A DNA stretch of 64,000 nt, from the NCBI GenBank assembly GCA_040954595.2, contig CM082581.2:12719821-12783820 (forward strand), written 5' to 3'. This DNA is from Balanoglossus misakiensis (lineage: Eukaryota; Animalia; Hemichordata). Positions 39,801 through 52,239 of this stretch are shown one piece after another. The notes below the pieces were generated by a model that made no database searches, was not told the DNA's origin, and saw only the letters and a list, made by a program, of their open reading frames with translations. Position 1 is the stretch's first letter; every line of letters begins with the position of its first letter. The translations under genes were made by a program, and so were the position numbers.

Positions 39801-42800
39801 TCAAGGTAGTCGCAGCTTGTTTCCTGAAAAACAGTCTTCTATTAGCCTGACATATAGGCCAGCTTCTCCCTTAGGATAACATGGCCAGGTAAAATTTCTA
39901 CAGCTTCCTTCAGTGGATGCTTAATGACTTGTGTGAAACCAGTACATACAAGATGCACTCATGATGAAAATGGAAATTTCATCTTGTGGTTCATGAAAGC
40001 TAATCTATTTTGGAGGCCATGCACTCTCCTGTTTTGAAGGATTACATGGAAACTGTTTTCTCAGAAATTGTGTTCAATCTTGAGAAACAGTCAGTGCCAG
40101 CATAAGACAAAATTGCTAACAGACATTGTGCACGTACATGTAACATTAGAATGATGCTGCAGGTGAATTTTGGTCATAAGCAAGTCCTAACATATGGTCC
40201 CATCAAGACATCTCTGTGTACTCTATCAAGACAAGGTCAAGGTCATTGGAAAATGTGTTCATGTTACTTTCATTTATCCCCTTCTGGAGAATAGCCAGAT
40301 TTGTTCATATTAAAATCATAAATCTGCCTCCAGGTAAATTATATTTATAAAGCATATATTGTTTTGTGTGTAAAGCTGTGTGTTATATTGGCTAGGCAGG
40401 CAAGTCTTGTACGGATGTACATGTAGGATTAACATTTGTGTTATATTTTCTCATACCTCCTCTACCATCACTGTATCCGTGTAGGAATGTATTCTTCATC
40501 AATTAATGTTATTTAATATTTTAGGTAAATGTACCCATCACTAATTAAGTTTGAATGGATTTACCAAATATCGGGCAGATATTAAAACAATATTTTTCTT
40601 CTTTTTTTTTGAAGGTCGGAGTCCCTTTTTCCCCGGTGATGATACTTGCTTTTTAGACGACGGTCATGGAGCAGACCAGATTGTACCATCCATCAACTCA
40701 CCTTCAAGAGGCTCACCAAAATCAAATTCAGACTATCCTGGTGAACGCTACTCACGTAAAGTGTTTGTGGGAGGCTTACCTCCTGATATTGATGAAGGTG
40801 AGTGCTCATTGCATCTTTATTAATGACAGTGTCGTTGAAATCTACTTTATACGCTGCAATCAGTCACAATTTCCATTTTGAAATCTGTCTTTTATCCCCC
40901 CATGTGTATTGCTCATTTCCTGTTGAAATATGTGACTTAATCTCTAATGGAGAGCACCTTTTACCTGTTAGACAATTTTGGAGCCCATTTCTCAATATAC
41001 ATGTATTCTGGATACTCACACACACACACACACACACACACGCACGCACGCACGCACACACACACACACACACACACAAATCAGTCCTTGTCAGCCATTT
41101 GGCGCATGAAATTGTTCACGCATGCTGAAATCACAACATTGTAAGCTAGCATTGAGTTGGCTAATTATATTGATATCAACTGCATTGAAAATATTACACT
41201 GTACAGTGTGTGAGGTCAGGGATCAAAGAGGTATACATCTGTCACAGAACTTCAGGTAGCCAGTACTTTGAACTTTACATTTTAACTCCTCCAGCCATTC
41301 TGTAATGACGTATAACCCATTTCATTTGGCTGTACTGAACGAAAACTGGCATAATGTCGAGTTTAATGTTGGGGAATTGGTGTAAATCTGAATGAATGAA
41401 TATACATGTTGTTGCAAGATGGGTCATTTGTCTTTTTCATTCCTCGCTCTGGTGAAGACTTGTCCTCGTTCATCCCGAGTCATTCTTGTATTGAACAGAT
41501 ATAGTATTGAAAATGACAAATTGCAAGGTGTTCAGCTGCTACCCACTTGGGCAAATTACAGGATTGAGCCGAACATTGGGGGTATAGAATTTCATAATTA
41601 GACAATGCAATGGAGGTGGAGACTGCACTTGCCAACGTGTAGACATGCTTTTCACATGAAATGCATCCTTGTCAATTGACAGCAGTTACAGCTAGGCATT
41701 TAATCGGTGATTTATAGAAAATACTCCAAAACACGTTTTCATGCTCATATTGGCTAACAGAAGGTTTTGCTTTGATCAGAACAGACATGTGAAATGAGTC
41801 GTGGCATTTCTCTTGTTGATTATCTGTCAGTGTCATGCCATATTCTGTATCTTTCGGAGAAGGCCATTCAAATGCCTGAATTATGGATTAGATGAACATG
41901 ATGTGGGTGGAAAATTTATTACCAGCTGATGTGCACAGGGCTGAATTAAGTCAATTTTCAGTTAAGAATGAAGGTGGAGTGTCGCAGATGAAGGAGCTGG
42001 ACATATAGGCACTGTTAAATATAACGAAAAAATGCTTAATTCCGAAAAGTACACTGTATAAATGGAGAACCAATGGCAGAACTAGAAATATTCATTGCAC
42101 ATTTCTGTTGGTTGTCACGAGCCTTTTAATATCCCTACCTTCTGCTGTATCTCCATAAATAACCCCATTAACTACAGGAAAGAGCATGGTTAATTACAGT
42201 AAAAACAAAACCACCTGTTTGCTTCTTCCATACTCCGAAATTATGTACGTGAAATACAGTAGGAATTTGAAGTTACAAACGACAAAGAAGACCGCAGTTA
42301 CATCTAGCCAGCCATGACCGGTTAATATATGTACAGATATAATTTATTACATTACAGGAATGATTTTAATTAAACTGCCAATATATTTTATTCTTGTTTT
42401 GTGAACCTGATAATAACAGTGTATTTAATAATATTTTTTGCTTCTGTGTTGGTTGCAGAGGAAATAACTGCAAGTTTTCGCCGATTTGGCAGCCTTGTCG
42501 TGGATTGGCCCCACAAGGCTGAAAGCAAGTCATACTTCCCACCTAAAGGTATTTAATTTGTGCAGTCTATTTTATCATTCATTGTGGCATGAAAGTCCTG
42601 TATGCATTCAAGACAATCTGTGTATGATATAGAACAGCTGTTTGATGTAGGAGATAGTGGCAGAGATTTGGACCTTAAAAAAGATAGCGTTAAAGAAATT
42701 TCTTTCAAGTGAATGCTTCAATACTTCTGAGGTTGTCAGTGTTCTGCTATTCTGTAATTATTCAAATGGTTGATATGGACTTGGCTTTTTATAGGTTATG

Positions 42801-45800
42801 CATTCTTGCTGTTCCAAGATGAGAGATCTGTCCAAGAACTGATAGACGCTTGCATCAAGGACGGAGACAAACTCTACCTTTGCGTGTCTAGCCCAACAAT
42901 CAAGGACAAACCTGTAAGTGCCAGACTTCCTATTGAGAGGCCTCTCCCAGTTCACTGCTGATAATCAAATCAGGGTCCCATCATAAAAGCACTATTTTTC
43001 CATTCAAGATTTTAATTTCATTTATCAACGTTGCGTCAGTGTGTAGCTTGCACTCATCTAGCAGACCAATCAGATTGGTTTATTTCGCAAACTGGCTGTT
43101 TAAACATATTGATGCCTTGGCGTATTTTTTCCCCTTTTCCGCAAATTGATGTAAATGTTACAGCGATGTATTTCAAATGCAGCTCCTACTGAAGTAGGGC
43201 TGTGGATTAGTGGCTTAGTATTGTGAGCACCTACGTTTTAGTTGAGGTAATTGCAATAACTGTGTGTCCTGTCTGAGCCACACTTAAAGATCTATAATAA
43301 AGTGCTCTATGAATAAGCATTAGGAGTTCCATTAGGCCCTCAGACACAGTATGAAAAGCTATGAAGCCATTTGATTCGAACACCAAATTAGCAACGCACA
43401 ATGTGGTAAATCCCACTTCTACGAAGCATATCAGAGAACATTTTGAAGAAGAAAAATTCCTAGCAGATCCTCAAGACTTATCTGTGTAATCACCAATTTG
43501 CAGTGAAAACTAGAAGCAAGTCGTGCAGAAACTCAGATCGCATTTGTTTTCCTTTATACGGCAGGTACAAATCCGTCCTTGGAATTTAGCAGACAGCGAC
43601 TACGTTATGGATGGATCCCAGCCGCTTGATCCAAGGAAAACCATCTTTGTAGGTGGTGTACCAAGACCTTTGAGAGCAAGTGAGTCCAAATTCTATTAGT
43701 CTCATTATTAAACCTAGTATTAAGGAGGGTTGGGAATGAGAATTAATAGAATCTCTATGTCCTGCGGGCCCTTAGAAGAGACACCATAGGCAAGGCAGGG
43801 AATTGCTAGCTCATACAAGCCACAGATCTTCATGAAGAGAGCAAAAAAGGTGCAAAAGATATGATACCTCATCAACTATACCCCATTAATATTAGTGTCA
43901 CCATTGTGTTTTTTCACTCATTTGTCACTTGGTGTTGTCAGTACCATCCAAAACAATACCAGAACAACTATTGAGGTTTATTTAAGTATATATGGCCAGT
44001 TCTAAGCAAATGATTATTTCCCAGTCGATATTGAAATAACTTGTATTGTTTTCAGTTGAATTGGCGATGATAATGGACCGACTGTACGGTGGAGTGTGCT
44101 ATGCGGGTATCGACACTGATCCTGAGCTGAAATATCCCAAAGGAGCTGGACGGGTAGCTTTCTCCAATCAGCAAAGCTACATAGCTGCCATCAGTGCTCG
44201 TTTTGTGCAATTACAACATGGTGATATTGACAAGAGAGTAAGTATAATAATGCAAGGTCATTATAGTGTGATTTCATCCACGTGGTGCAAGTGTTGAGAA
44301 GGATGCTTGAAGCAAAAACAGGAAATGAACAGGAGGTTTCCTGTCATTGGCTTTACCCACTGTGGTGTGTAGTTAAAAGGTCATTTTTGTGCGCAACACA
44401 GGGATCCCACCAACGCAAACACCTCAATCAGTTTCATATTTTATTCCCACCCTTGTTAGGTAAGTCAGGTCACAAGTTTCAGCCCACATAAGGATTCTTC
44501 CCACCAACTCCTGAGCCTCAGCTTGAGGAGAACTAGAGATAACATTCATTTCTTGTATTCTATACATGCAGTCAGAACACAATCCTATATAATTAATACA
44601 CACAATCGCTCATTGAAATGACATTGGAGTAGAAAAGATTGACAAAAATTGTCAGAAGCCTAATGAAATCATTGTTTCAATGTACATTCTTGGAAACATT
44701 CCTTTTGTACATCAAAAAGTGAATTGCAATAATATATGTGATTGCATGTATTCCTTAATACAATTTTGTTGTCAATTAACAATGCTTGGCAAATTAAATG
44801 GCAGTTTTCATTAATCCAAATAATTTCAGCCCACGGCTACTTTTGATTGGTGCAATCAAAATAGAAACAGCAGCAGTTGTTAAAAAATGTGTTGTAAGTT
44901 TGTCTTCCGGTCTTTTGTTGGGGGATAAAAACATACCTGATGCTGCTATAGAAACAATTCAGCTATGTTATGGATTTTATTTCAACATATGGCTCTGACA
45001 ACAGCTTGAAATATATTGATCAGTGCTTTCAATTGAGGTCCTATTTCAAACAAAAGCAGAGAAAAGTGTCTCAAGTGATGGAATTCACTTCACCTGACTG
45101 CTTTCATTTTTTTTTTCACAAGAATTATTATACTGACAAATTTTTAGTCTCTTCAGATTAGTCGTTGTATTTCTATTGATCTATGATGTTGCAGATTTTC
45201 TATATAGCATTTTGTACAAGCTTTATTCATATAGATAATATCAGGGCTGCCATCCCCTTAACTCCAAATCATTAGGCAATGTAATGTGCAGACATATTCT
45301 GTATAATTAATTTAAGGGAAGTGGACATCTGTAGTAAGGTTTAGAGTATTTTTGTGTGGACATCATGACGCATGTAATATAAATGTCACGACATGCTCAA
45401 TTTACTGTGAATCCATACATATTTGTTTGATATTCAGAAGTCCAAACAGAACTTAATTACTTGGGGTCGAGTTTTTGACATCATGTTCAAAAGTCGCATG
45501 TTGACATTCACAACGAATCATATACTATTGACAAGCTCATCTCTCAGCTGAAGAGGCTAACATTTTTTCATCAGCAGAAATCACCAGAACAGGGGGTTTG
45601 CTTCATTCTCCTAACACCACCACTAGTATTAGAGCTATCCATATATCTAAACACTGATCCTTGCTGCAAATATGTGCTATTGTACAATGTGAACATAGCT
45701 CAATCTACTGACAAGTTTCCCTATATCCCTTGATAGCTATCTCATCACACCATTGGTGATTATCAGTCTTCAATTCAACTTTTTTCTATGCGAAGACACG

Positions 45801-47415
45801 AACCATTGTATGTACATTATTGTCAAAGCCTACCTAAGCATAATTTATCCTTTCACAGAACTCTGTATTCAATAAGACTTGCACTGCATTTTTCAATTTC
45901 TTAGTTCTCAACATATTTCCACTCAAAACATGAATGTCAAAGATGAAGTTAATATTGTGAAGTGACCTAAATATCAAAATCTGAAGATATTACGATAAAA
46001 TTAATATTCTGACTGGAATCATAAATGCTAAATTTACTGCTGCTAAAGTGATGTGCTTATTTCAAAATTATTGTTTTTCATATAGGAGGCAGATCCAAAA
46101 TATCATATAGAAATAATGTTGAAAAATTAATGTGTGTGAAAAATAGTGATGAATGAGTAATGATATAACCAAACACATGAACACAAAAATGTCAAAATGA
46201 CAGTATGACTAGATATTGCTATTGGAGTACTTTAATATTGACAAGCTGTCATTTATGTATTTGAATTTTGTATTGAACAATATGACAGTTAGCTGTATAT
46301 TTATCTATTCTTATTAACATATTCAAATCCCAAACATCTGGCACAATGACAGTATGATGGATACTGGTTGCCTGTATGTACACATTAATGTTTCCAATTA
46401 TAGATTGACAATTCAGGAATATACATGTATGCTGTGCTAGGTTTTATGGACCTGTATATAAACCATAATATTTTAGTACATGAACATTCAATGTGCACTT
46501 CTGACATGAGGCAAATGAAATGTACCACACACTGGATTGATCAACTCAAATTTATCATACAAGCATCTTAAAAATTGGCTTGTCTCTTCCCTGACAGTTG
46601 CCAAATGAGCTTTTTTTATATTCAGCTCAAGAAATTGCACTCACTCACAGTAGTGTGCTGTGTTTCTCATCAACAAAGATGATTTGAGAATTCTGTGTTC
46701 AGAATACCACAGTATTAAATGTTTGCAAGAGTTCCCTGCAAAGAACAGGTATCCAATCACTTATGTTATCCATCAGTGTCAGCACTCGATGAAAAAAAAC
46801 CCATCCAAGGCTGACAAATGCTGTGACTCTGGAAATGCATACGAGCCAAATGCAGGGCAGCAAACATTGTCCTCTTGAAATGAAAGAATGTACAGGAAAT
46901 TAGTTCTAGCAGGGAATGGTTTCAGTCATTTTTCATGACACCCATGCCTAATAAACAAGGTTGAGAAATATATTTTAGTACCAGTAGGAGATAAATGTTG
47001 CATAATATCGGTTTTCGTCATTTTATGCAAATGACTTCTGTTTGAAATGTACAGAAGATGGCACATGTTCTATTCCCCTCTTGGCCCAAAGGCTGCTTTA
47101 TGTTAACATTTTTTGCCAAAAGGGACCTGCCAATACAAACAGGGATCATGAATGTACAATAATGAGTTTTGTGTTGCTTGTTTTCAGGTTGAAGTGAAAC
47201 CCTATGTACTGGATGACCAAATGTGCGACGAGTGCCAGGGAGCTCGCTCTGGTGGCAAGTTTGCACCCTTCTTCTGTGCCAACGTCACATGTCTGCAGTA
47301 CTACTGCGAACAGTGTTGGGCCACCATCCATTCCCGTGCCGGCAGAGAATTCCATAAACCACTGGTGAAGGAAGGAGCTGATCGTCCACGCACCGTGCCC
47401 TTCCGCTGGTGTTAA
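20818..47415 (+). CDS. CPEB4: Cytoplasmic polyadenylation element-binding protein, CPEB2/3/4 (Orb2) subfamily; spliced CDS join(20818..21801,23896..24010,40615..40797,42459..42548,42795..42913,43565..43679,44056..44237,47188..47415), 671 aa without optional exons
   Basis: Exons translate to hallmark CPEB2-4 sequence: N-term MGEYGFG, RRM1 (RYSRKVFVGGLPPDIDE..EITASFRRFG..DWPHKAESKSYFPPKGYAFLLFQ), RRM2 (DPRKTIFVGGVPRPLRA..GIDTDPELKYPKGAGRVAFSNQQSYIAAISARFVQL), ZZ finger and C-terminal FRWC*. All introns are GT-AG and phases join to 2016 nt. Probably the single pro-orthologue of vertebrate CPEB2/3/4; the symbol reflects N-terminal similarity to CPEB4. Confidence 0.96.
21412..21444 (+). repeat. 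(CAG)6 CAA CAG (CAA)3 tract encoding Q11
   Basis: Read directly in coding exon 1. Confidence 0.95.
23896..24010 (+). CDS. CPEB4: CPEB coding exon 2 (DRNTQTYDTMKFPALEHHLMDIMRTPADQHQHPDSHLR), NES-like helix
   Basis: Acceptor ttttttatctggtag|GAT, donor AGAG|gtttgt (phase 1). The peptide resembles the vertebrate CPEB2-4 'SLENSLMDMIR/SLESSLIDIMR' segment. Confidence 0.9.
28883..28942 (+). CDS. Candidate 60-nt symmetric (phase 1-1) cassette exon of CPEB (VSLVPSQWQLLMESSRIKPQ)
   Basis: tttatttttcag| acceptor and CCAAA|gtaaga donor; length is a multiple of 3; stop-free in the required frame. It lies where vertebrate paralogues have variable exons. No recognisable homology. Confidence 0.5.
31930..32220 (+). 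promoter_or_regulatory. Candidate intronic promoter/enhancer of CPEB
   Basis: CpG-retaining patch in an AT-rich intron with inverted CCAAT (ATTGG 31939-31943), full CRE TGACGTCA (32107-32114) and E-box CAGCTG (32164-32169). Confidence 0.4.
33767..33788. repeat. Poly-C homopolymer (~22 nt)
   Basis: Read directly. Confidence 0.9.
37676..37699 (+). CDS. CPEB4: 24-nt microexon encoding (A/T)RTYGRRR, homologue of the neuronal CPEB4 microexon
   Basis: tttctctctctcctaatgcatgcag|CAAGGACATATGGACGCAGACGAG|gtattt. Phase 1-1, same peptide and same position (just before the G-R-S-x-x-F-P exon) as vertebrate ARTYGRRR. Confidence 0.92.
40615..40797 (+). CDS. CPEB4: CPEB exon: linker plus start of RRM1 (GRSPFFPGDD...RKVFVGGLPPDIDE)
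   Basis: Poly-T tract + gaag| acceptor; GAAG|gtgagt donor; RNP2 motif VFVGGL. Confidence 0.95.
41017..41078. repeat. Compound (CA)n(CGCA)n(CA)n microsatellite, intronic
   Basis: Read directly. Confidence 0.97.
42459..42548 (+). CDS. CPEB4: CPEB exon, RRM1 (EEITASFRRFGSLVVDWPHKAESKSYFPPK), 90 nt
   Basis: ggttgcag|AG acceptor, AAAG|gtattt donor; near-identical to the CPEB2-4 peptide. Confidence 0.95.
42795..42913 (+). CDS. CPEB4: CPEB exon, RRM1 (GYAFLLFQDERSVQELIDACIKDGDKLYLCVSSPTIKDKP)
   Basis: tttttatag| acceptor, CCT|gtaagt donor; RNP1 KGYAFLLF. Confidence 0.95.
43565..43679 (+). CDS. CPEB4: CPEB exon, RRM1-RRM2 linker (VQIRPWNLADSDYVMDGSQPLDPRKTIFVGGVPRPLRA)
   Basis: ggcag| acceptor, GCAA|gtgagt donor; conserved peptide. 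Confidence 0.95.
44056..44237 (+). CDS. CPEB4: CPEB exon, RRM2 (IELAMIMDRLYGGVCYAGIDTDPELKYPKGAGRVAF...HGDIDKR)
   Basis: ttgttttcag| acceptor, AGA|gtaagt donor; conserved peptide. Confidence 0.96.
47188..47415 (+). CDS. CPEB4: CPEB last coding exon, ZZ-type zinc finger (VEVKPYVLDDQMCDEC...CANVTCLQYYCEQCWATIH...FHKPLVKEGADRPRTVPFRWC*)
   Basis: ttgttttcag| acceptor; Cys/His pattern of the CPEB ZZ domain; TAA at 47413-47415. Confidence 0.96.
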   Translation, partial: VEVKPYVLDDQMCDECQGARSGGKFAPFFCANVTCLQYYCEQCWATIHSRAGREFHKPLVKEGADRPRTVPFRWC

Positions 47416-50400
47416 ATTTACATAGAAATCCTAGAAGATGCACATATTGTTAAACTGAAAGTTCAGGTGAACATACCCTGACAACAGGCTCTGTTATTTT
47501 AAGAATACATATTACTAGTATTTTTCTCATTACATTCTATGTGATAGCATTCAGGTAATGCTGTATACATGTAATATGATATGATCCCTGCATGATTTTT
47601 TGCATGAGATTTGAATGTAAGTATTTGGTCAAGAAAAATTGAAACTCCTTTAGGAGAACCTTATTTTGTGGCATAAGTTATATTCTTGCCGACTAATGTG
47701 ACTATTGTATTTAAAAGACAAAATACCATGGATGAACTATTTTTTGCTGCATGTCGCATCATATTTCTATACAAATGAGTATTTTTTGTATTTGTGATCT
47801 CTATGGACAAATCAATGAAGGATGTGTGTGTGTTACATTACATGTCGGTGGCAGAGAACATTGGCTGGGTTCTCTGCATAGACATGTATATAGCTTAGAG
47901 AATTACCCCCAAACTTTTTTCCATTTACCATACTATAGGGAGGTTGTACCAGTTTCCTATTATACCTAGACTGGATTATGAATTTACATTTAAAGAAATA
48001 AAACTACTCAGTTCAACTTCAAGTATAAGCTAATTACAAAAAATCGCTGTACTATTCTAGAAATTTACAACGTCAGTTACTGCCTAATTTAAATGAGAGA
48101 ATCTCAAACACAATGTAGGTGTCTTTTTGTGAGTGCCATTTTTTTCCATGTGTAATATACCAAAGATATAAGTACTACAACAGTGTTTTTTTGAAAATTA
48201 TTCAAAATAACAACTACCGTGTAGCAAAACAATTAGGCCACGATTCTACATCATGTGGCTTTGTGTGTGATTGTATTTGTATCAAATTTTGACAAATGCA
48301 ATTTTCAAAATCGACTTTGATACCATTGAGTTTGTGAAGTGTGTGCTACCGATTATAACTCATACCATTTTTGGTTGAAAAATATTCTTATGTATACTTT
48401 GAGCTGCAATATTTTTTGTACTTTGGATTTTTAGCAATTTTTGCATGTTTATCAGCAATTCGCTCTATGTCTCAATGGTACTGAAGCCATTTGCTTCTGT
48501 AATTTAAAAAAAAACTTCAAAAAAAAAGTCAATCACAGTGACTGAGGAAAAAAGCATGTTTTGTCATTTGTAAAGTATATAGATTAAGAAACACCAGAAA
48601 CTCAATTCTTCAACAATATACAATAGCCAGACAAGCTGCATGTTTAATATTTACAATTCAAGTTTATTGAATTTTCCTCAATCCATTCTTTGATCACGGA
48701 GATTGTCTTAGTTGTAGAACATAGAGATGTGTTGATAAACACGTATGTGCATGCCAATTACATATTGTGCAATCTAAACATTTTTGAAAATTACCTTTTT
48801 TTTTTTGCCGGAAGGCAAGCTTTACTATGATATGTGTATGTGTATTTGCCTGCCATTTTCATAGTAGTGGGTAAATGGTGACTAGGCGTAGTTTGTAGAA
48901 AATAATTTAGCAGTCAGTAGTCATAGAAATATACAAGAGCCAGCCAAAACTTCAATGATGGTGGAAACAGCTGTTGTATGTGTTTACACGGCTGTATTTG
49001 TTGAAATTGGAATCACAGTTCATGTGGTCCAGTCTGCGAATACCCTACAGCGAATCAGGGCAAATTCGTCATTACCTTGTTTTTCGGAAATTTTCTTCTT
49101 TTCTGTTGTAATGTTGTTCGGGCAGAAGGCTGCCAATTCAGCTTTGCAGGAAAGCCAATTAAAATTGGGAATATATGGGCGGAGTAGGATGTTGTCAGAC
49201 TGGCCGAGTTTTACATGAAAAGCCCAGGGAAAGAACTTGTGTGATAGTTGATGCGGGTAACAACATGAACCAAGAATAATGAAAGTCTTGGAAATCATTC
49301 TAACAATTTTGTCATGTGAGTTCATTGTAGCACACAAGTATTTATATATTCTGTCTCTGTGTTTTTATTAGTCTCTTTGATGTCTGTAAAATATGTGAAT
49401 TGTCTTTATTCTTATTGCCGTGGTACTAGTTTACATATTCTAACTATTTTTGTGCAAGATGTGTTAAAAATTCAGATTCAAGTTTTGTGCACACTAATAT
49501 TTAAGATTATACAGTGCACTTCGATGTACATGTTTGGATATGATGAGCTGAATAGAAAGCGGTTTTTTAGATTTTCCTCCCTTTTTGTACACTTGTATTT
49601 TTCTCTGGATTTACAGAGGAGAGGCCGCATTTTCCTATTTGCACCACTTCATTACTAGCTTTCATATTTTGGTCATTCCACAGAAGGTAAATATTAAATT
49701 ACAGTATTTTTGGTGCCACAATTTCTAAAACCAATTTCAGACAGCATTCATCCTTCACGGTTTTCAAGCAGACATTTTATAGCTGTATTTTTTCTGATAT
49801 TTTGTAGATCTTTTTGCTAATGTTTACCTCACTTTTAGTCAAGAATTAGGAAAATGAAAAAAAAAATCTTTTGGATTTATTCATACGTATCCCGCACTGA
49901 AATTTGTGAGAAAGAAATATAAGATTATTAATTTAAGAATTTTGCAATCTGATGATTTAAAAAGATATTGGGTAAAATGATTGTTTTATTTTTCTCATTT
50001 ATTGTTATTGAGCCTTTTGCATAAGAAGGAAAAAGCTTTTAAACCTTTTTTATTATAATATAGCTAGTTTGGAAACCCAGAGTTAATATATCTTTAAACT
50101 TTGTAATTAATGTTACATTGTTCTCCAGATTTGTAATATTCCATTTTGTATTTTTTCGAGTTTTTGGACAGGTATCGACACGACATTTGACATGTACAGG
50201 GGGCATGCTAATAACAGGGTATTGAGGTCAAAAAAAAAGAACCCACTTGGAAGGTTGCATGGTGCTACACACAAAAACACAGAGACAAAAAAAAATGCTA
50301 TGGGACATAATTTGTAAATCAAGGATGGGAGAGTGCTTTTATTTTACATATACATCACATGAAATTTAACAATCAGGGCATCAACTTCTTAATTATTTTT

Positions 50401-51650
50401 ATGTGCAATATTTGAGGAAGAAACACAGATGCACCTGTGTTTGTGGAAAGTTGTTACACCAAATGCAGTACCCTGTTGCCTCTGCCCCATTATCTTAGTA
50501 TAACCAATCTTTGGAGCAAGCTTAGAATTAGTCATTTTTGTATGAGATTTCTAGTAGTTAACTATAGGAATAGATAACAAACTTGTACTCCACTTTTTAA
50601 ATATTACAGAGATTTCCTATTTTTGTTCATTAGGGTTTTCACCATAATTGTTTATTTTTACTTAACGTATTCCCCTTGGAGAAGGCATTATATTTTTTGC
50701 TTTATCATCTATGTGCAAATGTAAGTTTTAATTTTATGAAATTAATATATTGTTCTGGAAATACATAATTGCTCATGTGTTATCAAAATCAGAACCTTTT
50801 ATTTCAAAATTTTTTCAACAGTTACTATTTGAGAGTTTAAAAGAGCAGAGTTTTTCTGTTCAAGTTGTGCTTATGATTGATGTGCAAGTTGTGTTGGATA
50901 AAAATAAGTACCACAGAATTTAGTGGTACCAAGTGTGACAAGACTCCTCTAGAAGGTGCTTAGTGAATGTATGATTTTTAAAAAAGGTGTTAACTATTTG
51001 GAATATCCGCTGTTTTGTGGCTGATTTTATTATCGTCTTTTTGTATATGGGGAAGTTTGTTAGTATTTTTGTTGGATTATTATAAAGTCAAACCAAAGTT
51101 TCTATGTTTTGTTTTTAAAATAAACAAACCTACATTTTGTATCGATAGTTTATTTCCCAGGTGTGGTGGTTTTATGTTTATTTTTGTTTATTTGTTTGTG
51201 TTTGTTTTCCAGTTGACATTTCTATACCCGACTGACTAAGCAGAAGGAGTATCATGAGTTGACCTGCTTGAAAATAGAACAAACCAATGAATTTACAGGA
51301 CTCATTAAACTGCACCAATCAGAGAGGTCCTTATAAAACCTGTTCACCCTCATTGGTTCTTTCACGTTTGATTGACAACACTGACAATGCATATTCATGA
51401 TACATTTTCTCTGCTGGATTATATAAATTCATTACGATGATTTTTTAGAATTTTGAGATTTGGTCTATATATTTGTTGAGATAATTTAAAAACAAAAAGG
51501 TGACTTTGTAATTCTACTTTTTTGCTGCTAAGTATTTATATAATACTTTTTCAAATTAATTTTTTGAAATCTTTCTAACTTTTATGGACCCTTTTGTGTA
51601 ATCTTTTAGCAATTAAGAATAAAACATGAATTAGAAAACTTGTTGTGATT
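47416..51650 (+). other. Putative long U-rich 3' UTR of CPEB (~4.2 kb)
   Basis: T-rich + strand with several TTTTAT/TTTTAAT CPE motifs. AATAAA at 51618-51623 is followed by a TG/T-rich tract. Vertebrate CPEB2-4 also have multi-kb UTRs. The true end is not provable; other AATAAA hexamers lie upstream. Confidence 0.55.
51618..51623 (+). terminator. Candidate distal polyadenylation signal AATAAA
   Basis: Canonical hexamer at the end of the U-rich region, CPE TTTTAT at 51580-51585, downstream ttgttgtg element. Confidence 0.5.
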
Positions 51651-52239
51651 ACTAACTTTTACTAACCAATGTTTAGGTCTGTTTACTAATTGACTTTACT
51701 TGGACAATTTTAGTGCTTCCAATTCTTGTTTCATCATCAGACCTTCTGACTAATATCATTAATATTACTAATATTGTACTATGCTTTTGCTAGTAATGAG
51801 TAAAGTTCTTTGTAACAGGCTATTTGTCTCTCTATATTTATTCTCCTGTCTTCATACAATTGAATGTTTCTTTTCACTCTTTTCTTCAAATGGGTATCTG
51901 TCTAATTATTTATCTTGGATGTTTCTTCTATCAGTACATGATCCTTGAACTGCTTGTTACATCACAACCGTTACTTTCTCATCATCATCATCACATTAGG
52001 GTTTGGTTGCATCTGCTCAACTTTTACAAATTTCACTCAGGGTATAATTTGAAACGTTTTAGAGACACTATTTTCCTATATGGTAAACACACAGCATATG
52101 AATCCTTTGAGTTGCCTTGCGTCCACACACACTGAGTTTATGTATAGGCGCTGACACAATGGGTTGAGGAGCGGTGCTAATCCTTAGACCGGCTCTAGTC
52201 TGGCAAGTAAGTCATCTCACATCTGAGAAGTTTGGCGAC

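Noticed and set aside
40864-41144. ORFs with THTH/CVCV repeats
   Set aside because: Translation of the (CA)n microsatellite.
47416-51650. Canonical Pumilio elements (TGTANATA) in the 3' UTR
   Set aside because: Only near-matches were found by eye; not claimed.
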